DNA of 64,000 bases from Bacillota bacterium (lineage in GTDB: Bacteria > Bacillota > DTU025): assembly GCA_050951805.1 (NCBI GenBank), contig JBMNJT010000002.1:1344001-1408000 (forward strand), read 5' to 3'. Below, in pieces: positions 59,597-64,000 of this stretch. Below the pieces are notes generated by a model that made no database searches, was not told where the DNA came from, and saw nothing but the letters and a program-made list of their open reading frames with translations. A program made the translations under genes and the position numbers. The first letter of the stretch is position 1. The number at the start of each line of letters is the position of its first letter.

Positions 59597-60820
59597 CTAG
59601 CGTTTTTCCGCCACATCGCAACCATGGGCGTTAGCACAGAATTCCTTGATCCCACACTCCGTCTTCACATAAATAGGCGACATTGCGCGAAGCTTCTCCA
59701 CGATGCGAGGCATCACATCGAGCACCCTTTCGACGTCGGCATCCTCGGTGTAGCGCCCAAGGGTCATCCTGACTGAACCATGGGCAACTTCGTGAGGTAT
59801 CCCCATGGCCATCAAAACGTGCGATGGAGCAAGAGAACCCGACGTGCACGCCGATCCACTTGATGCGGCAATACCCTCCATGTCGAGGTTGAGTAAGAGC
59901 GATTCGCCTTCTACGTAAAGAAAGCTCATGTTCACGTTGTTAGGTAGCCTCAATCTGCGATGGCCATTGAGTTTCACATCGGGAATGCGCTGCGTGAGAC
60001 CTTCCATAAGCTTGTCGCGGAGCCTCTCCTCCTTGGCCGACACCTCATCCATTTCGCCGACGGCAAGCTCGATAGCCATGCCGATCCCGACGATTCCAGC
60101 CATGTTTTCAGTCCCCGCACGGCGCTTGCGTTCCTGTGCTCCTCCGTCGATTAGAGGCGCCAACCTCACGCCCCTCCTTGCGTAGAGAGCGCCCACTCCC
60201 TTGGGCCCGTAGAATTTGTGTCCGGAAAGGGAAAGCATATCCACGCCGAGGGACTTTACGTCCACCGGCATGTGGCCGACAGCTTGGACCGCATCAGTGT
60301 GGAACAAGACCCCGGCCTCCCGCGCAATCCGCGAGATCTCCTCTATGGGCTGGATCGTGCCCACCTCGTTGTTGGCATACATTATGCTGATAAGGCAGGT
60401 TTCAGGGGTTATCGCGCGCTTCACGTCTTCAGGGTCGACCATGCCCTCGGAGTCAACCGGAAGTATGGTCACTGAAAAACCCAGTCTCTTGAGGCTTTCG
60501 ACAGAATGCAGCACTGCATGATGCTCCACAGCCGAGGTTATAATGTGGGACTTCTCGCCGTACATGGCGAGAGCCGTGCCCTTTATGGCGAGGTTATCAG
60601 CCTCAGATCCGCCAGCCGTGAAGATGATTTCCTCCGGAGCGGCGCCGATCGCTGCCGCCACCTGCTCCCTGGCACGGTTCAGATCAGCCCTGGCCTCGCG
60701 CCCGTATGAATGTATACTCGAAGGGTTTCCATACTTGTCGGTAAGGTAGGGGACCATGGCCTCGAAAACCTCGCGCCTTACCGGGGTCGTGGCGGCATTG
60801 TCAAGGTAAATCCTATTCAT
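59597..60820 (-). CDS. iscS: Cysteine desulfurase NifS/IscS
   Basis: YLDNAATT, GNPSS, HTDAVQ, SGHKFYGPKG, SSGSACTS; start ATG 60820 overlaps the rrf2 stop. Confidence 0.96.
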   Translation of the reverse strand: MNRIYLDNAATTPVRREVFEAMVPYLTDKYGNPSSIHSYGREARADLNRAREQVAAAIGAAPEEIIFTAGGSEADNLAIKGTALAMYGEKSHIITSAVEHHAVLHSVESLKRLGFSVTILPVDSEGMVDPEDVKRAITPETCLISIMYANNEVGTIQPIEEISRIAREAGVLFHTDAVQAVGHMPVDVKSLGVDMLSLSGHKFYGPKGVGALYARRGVRLAPLIDGGAQERKRRAGTENMAGIVGIGMAIELAVGEMDEVSAKEERLRDKLMEGLTQRIPDVKLNGHRRLRLPNNVNMSFLYVEGESLLLNLDMEGIAASSGSACTSGSLAPSHVLMAMGIPHEVAHGSVRMTLGRYTEDADVERVLDVMPRIVEKLRAMSPIYVKTECGIKEFCANAHGCDVAEKR

Positions 60821-61283
60821 CAGGCCTTTCCTCCTCTTTGTTGCCCCCAATATCTTTCGCCGAATCCCTCAGGTCTCCGGCGATCATGTCCTGCAGCGTA
60901 GTTGAATCCAGAATCGACGTTATTCCATCCTGAAGCCTCACCCATAGCGGATGCGCTGCGCATTCTCCCATCCTGTCGCAAATAGCCTCGCCATCTTCGT
61001 CCGCGAGGCAATCGCACAGAGCTATGGGACCCTCGAGAGCTCGGACTATATCGCCTACTGTTATGTGCTTCGGTGCCTTTGCCAGAGTGTATCCGCCTTG
61101 GGCTCCTCGTTGACTGTAGATCAAGCCTTCTTTGCGAAGAGCCGCAAAAAGCTGTTCAAGATATTTCTCTGATATGCCCTGTTTCTCGGCTACCTCTCTC
61201 AGCGCCACGGGACCGCTCCCGTGGACCTCGGCAAGTTCCACCATGGCCCGAACTCCGTATTCAGTGCGCGAACTAAGCTTCAT
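60813..61283 (-). CDS. Rrf2-family regulator (IscR/CymR-like, with Cys/His cluster ligands)
   Basis: YGVRAM, ISEKYLEQL, RGAQGGY, CDC-x9-C-x5-CAAH. Confidence 0.93.
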   Translation of the reverse strand: MKLSSRTEYGVRAMVELAEVHGSGPVALREVAEKQGISEKYLEQLFAALRKEGLIYSQRGAQGGYTLAKAPKHITVGDIVRALEGPIALCDCLADEDGEAICDRMGECAAHPLWVRLQDGITSILDSTTLQDMIAGDLRDSAKDIGGNKEEERPDE

Positions 61284-61289
61284 CGAATG

Positions 61290-61448
61290 TCACGCTACGG
61301 AGGCCCCCGCTCTCGGGTGCGGGGGGAAGTAGCGTTTTCCCCTCCTTTCGCACAGGATTGGCCGATGCCGAGATCCATGTGCCATCCAACTTGTTGCGCA
61401 GGTCAAAACAGCCTGTGTTACGTCTTCCGAAAACAAAGCCCTCCTCAT
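61290..61448 (-). CDS. Possible 52-aa leader ORF ending 6 nt before the rrf2 start
   Basis: Hand translation MRRALFSEDVTQAVLTCATSWMAHGSRHRPILCERRGKRYFPPHPRAGASVA*; weak SD and no recognised homology. Confidence 0.25.
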   Translation of the reverse strand: MRRALFSEDVTQAVLTCATSWMAHGSRHRPILCERRGKRYFPPHPRAGASVA

Positions 61449-61634
61449 ACTCAGCCTTATCAAATGAAGGCGCCTATATGTTTAGTCAATCAATCCAAGT
61501 CAATCCCCGCTTTTGGGCTTGGGGTGGTCGACCGTATCACCTCCCGTCACCGCCTGACATAGCCTGCAGATTCGACCGCCACCGAATCTTGCGTGCTGTT
61601 CACATGTGAACACTGCTTCTGCCTGGTTCGGCGT

Positions 61635-61659
61635 AATCCCTACTGAATCAGTAGGGATT
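61635..61659. promoter_or_regulatory. 25-bp palindrome, probable Rrf2 autoregulatory operator
   Basis: AATCCCTACTGA-A-TCAGTAGGGATT, perfect 12-bp arms just downstream of the predicted +1. Confidence 0.7.
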
Positions 61660-61669
61660 TGCTACTGAC

Positions 61670-61698
61670 AGTATACGCCCGCATAGTATATGTGTCAA
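61670..61698 (-). promoter_or_regulatory. SigmaA promoter of the rrf2-iscS-iscU operon
   Basis: TTGACA-N17-TATACT. Confidence 0.8.
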
Positions 61699-62102
61699 TA
61701 GCCAACGGCCTTGTTTTTCTGAACTTGCCCACAACATCAACCCAAGACCTCACCAAAAACAAACATTGAGCGTCTTCCTCATTTTGACCCATTGTCCACC
61801 AGGAACGGGGCTGACTCGAATCACATCAACTTGCTTAGTGCAACGCTCGAAGTAACTATAGAGTCGACACATCGTCCCATTGCTGACCAAGCCTGCACGC
61901 TCAGCAGCTTTGCAAGACACCATACCCTGTTTGGACATTGACCGGAATGGCTGTCCTTGATATGCTCAACTTGGCAGCTATGCCATACGCTTATATCTTC
62001 GAGAGTCGCACAAACGCCAAGCTGTCGGCTCAGCCAGGCGTCTGTACGCAGGCATGCATCGCCATGCACACGCCAACACAAGCAAGACGGGAGGAATGTG
62101 GC

Positions 62103-64000
62103 ATGAAACGTTCTAAACGACTAGTCATTCAAAGGCTGGCACTTTCGGCAATATTGCTCATCTTTGCCGCTACAGGACCAGCCCATTGGGGCTGTCCAAG
62201 CTTTTGCCTGGCAGAAGCGTCGTCGGCCACTGCCAACGACGACGCCACAATCGTCGGCTTGGCCGATCTTCGCAAATGCGATGAACAGGGGGTACCCCTT
62301 CTCATCGACCAAGTAGTCACGGTTGAAGGAGCAGCGCTTATCGATACAGGCAAGTGGCACAACGCCGCGAACTACTTCGCGATCGTAGGGCCAGCTCAAC
62401 CCGTATCGCTCTCAGATTGGGCCAAAGCTGTCACACCATCTGATCGCGTTTTCGGCACGCTCGTGTATCTCCCCGGAACCACCGTTCCCCAGGTAAAAGC
62501 GGGCGATTTTGTTCGTGTTACAGGAAAGGTGTCTATCAAAGGATACACCACAGATTATGGCACCACGGTAATTGTGCCCTCCAGTTCCGACCAGATAGTC
62601 ATACTCGAACACGGCTCCGACATCATAGGGAATCTGCCGGCAACTCGGCTCGCCACCGACCCAACCTTCGCTGAAGCCGAACCCCTCGAAGGCCAGCTCG
62701 TTACCGTCGAAGGAAGGCTCTTCGGCTATGATGACGAGGGAATCACCCAAGGCTTTTGGCTCGACGGAAGCCGCGACGGAAACATAGAGGACGCCGAGGG
62801 CATGATGCAGGTCAAATTCTACAACTATCATGGTCTCGACATATCCCATCTAGGAAACGGCTCCTACGCAAAAGTAACAGGCGTGCTCGTTCAGGGGCAG
62901 GATTTCCCGCCATACCACGGCGGCTACTACATCCGCCCCACTGCTCAGGAATTCATCACCGACGATCCCAGTAGGAAGCTGGTCTCGGCGGAATCAGAAA
63001 TGAGAGCCGCAAAGATCAGGTACAATGTTGGCGACCCTGTCCACATGTCAAAAAAAGGCATCTTTCAACTGAGTACCATGGTCTCTAGCACCTCATACCC
63101 ATTCGTAGACCGAGTTCATTCTCACTGGAATCCAGATGGCAGCGGCGTCGTGTTCACCATGGGAAAACTGAAGAGTGCTCGGAGCACTCTGGAGAATACA
63201 GAGACAAATCTATTTCTCATCGATTTTCGGGGCGGGAATGAGCATTCCCAGCTCACCTTCGACAAAAGCCCCAAGGAATTCCCGCGATGGTCTCCCGACG
63301 GAACCAGAATAGCCTATAGCGCGTTGGAAAGTCCCGACGAACTGTTTGGCAAGTGGGACATTTGGATATGGAACGCGTCAGACAATTCAGATCCCATAAA
63401 AGTGACTGATGGGCTATGCTATGATACGTATCCAAGCTGGTCGCCTGATGGAAAGAGCCTCGTATTCCAGTCCGACCGCAGCGGCAACTGGGACATATGG
63501 CGAATAGACCTCGACGGCAGTGTCAATGATGATAGCGCAATCCGTCTCACCCGATCAATGTCGGATGATGGCTGCCCTGACTGGTCCCCTGATGGTTCAA
63601 GGATTGCGTTCCAATCAGACAGAAATGGCAACAGATTCGACATATGGATCATGTCTCTTGAGAATCCGGAGAATCACGAGAGTCCTGAGAAGAACGCTTT
63701 CTGCCTGACCGGATCGCTCTCGGGCGACTCTGTTTGCCCACGCTGGTCCAATGACGGCACTCAAATAGCATTCATGTCAAATCACTTCGGAACATGGGAC
63801 ATATGGATGGCCGACGTAGCCACAGGGGATCTGTGGCGCGTGACTGATCTTGAGGGCGCTGAGAAGTATCCCTCGTTCTCCCACGACGGACGACGCATAA
63901 TATTCGCCACTGATCTGGGACAAGGCTGGAACCTCTACGCAGCCGATCTCAAGAGGGCCAAGCCGGCCAAATTCACAGGATCCGAGGGCCAGGCAGTAAC
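62103..64000 (+). CDS. Secreted protein with two OB-fold-like domains and a TolB-like (PD40) beta-propeller (runs off the right edge)
   Basis: Not in the ORF track because there is no stop. SD GGAGG, ATG 62103, signal peptide MKRSKRLVIQRLALSAILLIFAA; QVVTVEG..VKAGDFVRVTGKV and LEGQLVTVEG..AKVTGVL..YYIRP; repeated P.WSPDG..I.F.SDR.G.WDIW units. Confidence 0.85.
   Translation, partial: MKRSKRLVIQRLALSAILLIFAATGPAHWGCPSFCLAEASSATANDDATIVGLADLRKCDEQGVPLLIDQVVTVEGAALIDTGKWHNAANYFAIVGPAQPVSLSDWAKAVTPSDRVFGTLVYLPGTTVPQVKAGDFVRVTGKVSIKGYTTDYGTTVIVPSSSDQIVILEHGSDIIGNLPATRLATDPTFAEAEPLEGQLVTVEGRLFGYDDEGITQGFWLDGSRDGNIEDAEGMMQVKFYNYHGLDISHLGNGSYAKVTGVLVQGQDFPPYHGGYYIRPTAQEFITDDPSRKLVSAESEMRAAKIRYNVGDPVHMSKKGIFQLSTMVSSTSYPFVDRVHSHWNPDGSGVVFTMGKLKSARSTLENTETNLFLIDFRGGNEHSQLTFDKSPKEFPRWSPDGTRIAYSALESPDELFGKWDIWIWNASDNSDPIKVTDGLCYDTYPSWSPDGKSLVFQSDRSGNWDIWRIDLDGSVNDDSAIRLTRSMSDDGCPDWSPDGSRIAFQSDRNGNRFDIWIMSLENPENHESPEKNAFCLTGSLSGDSVCPRWSNDGTQIAFMSNHFGTWDIWMADVATGDLWRVTDLEGAEKYPSFSHDGRRIIFATDLGQGWNLYAADLKRAKPAKFTGSEGQAV

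Noticed and set aside
61700-62100. Looked for 6S RNA or small ORFs upstream of the rrf2 promoter
   Set aside because: No 6S-like closing stem with central bubble recognised, and the short ORFs lack support
573-63708. Many long antisense or alternate-frame ORFs in the track (e.g. 573-1466, 19030-19974, 27444-28274, 38989-39873, 56829-57695)
   Set aside because: They shadow well-supported genes, as expected in GC-rich DNA, and show no motifs of their own
1-64000. CRISPR arrays, tRNA/rRNA genes, IS transposases and prophage genes
   Set aside because: No regularly spaced repeats, cloverleafs, rRNA signatures, or transposase, integrase or phage motifs were seen by eye

Overview
A GC-rich chromosome segment from an endospore-forming Bacillota (Firmicute). 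From about 27 to 61.7 kb the window is a mostly minus-strand core and sporulation block: rrf2-iscS-iscU, AI-2E, osmC, alaS-ireB, ruvX, mltG-udk-pbp-sigK-yqeG, priA-def-fmt-rsmB, spoIVB-(solo LuxR HTH)-spo0A, steA-steB-GT2-GT4 and a 2-hydroxyacyl-CoA dehydratase/activase trio. The first 27 kb is accessory: a secreted GH57 amylopullulanase with a CBM48 protein, an ABC pair, a ger operon whose B and C subunits are fused in one ORF, a decayed group II intron, a sigma54-controlled aldehyde dehydrogenase with a divergent AcoR-like activator, and a CofE-like ligase carrying an inserted Mrr/PD-(D/E)XK-like domain behind a structured leader. I found no rRNA, tRNA, CRISPR array or intact IS. The best leads are the GerB-GerC fusion with an internal lipobox, the CofE-like protein with a nuclease-fold insertion, the stand-alone LuxR gene between spoIVB and spo0A with a sigmaK-type promoter, a set of sigmaH-type promoters (one on an orphan radical dehydratase), two apparent non-canonical start codons (CTG, ATT) and the unusual 380-nt rrf2 leader. 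All family and promoter calls come from motif recognition by eye; no searches were run.
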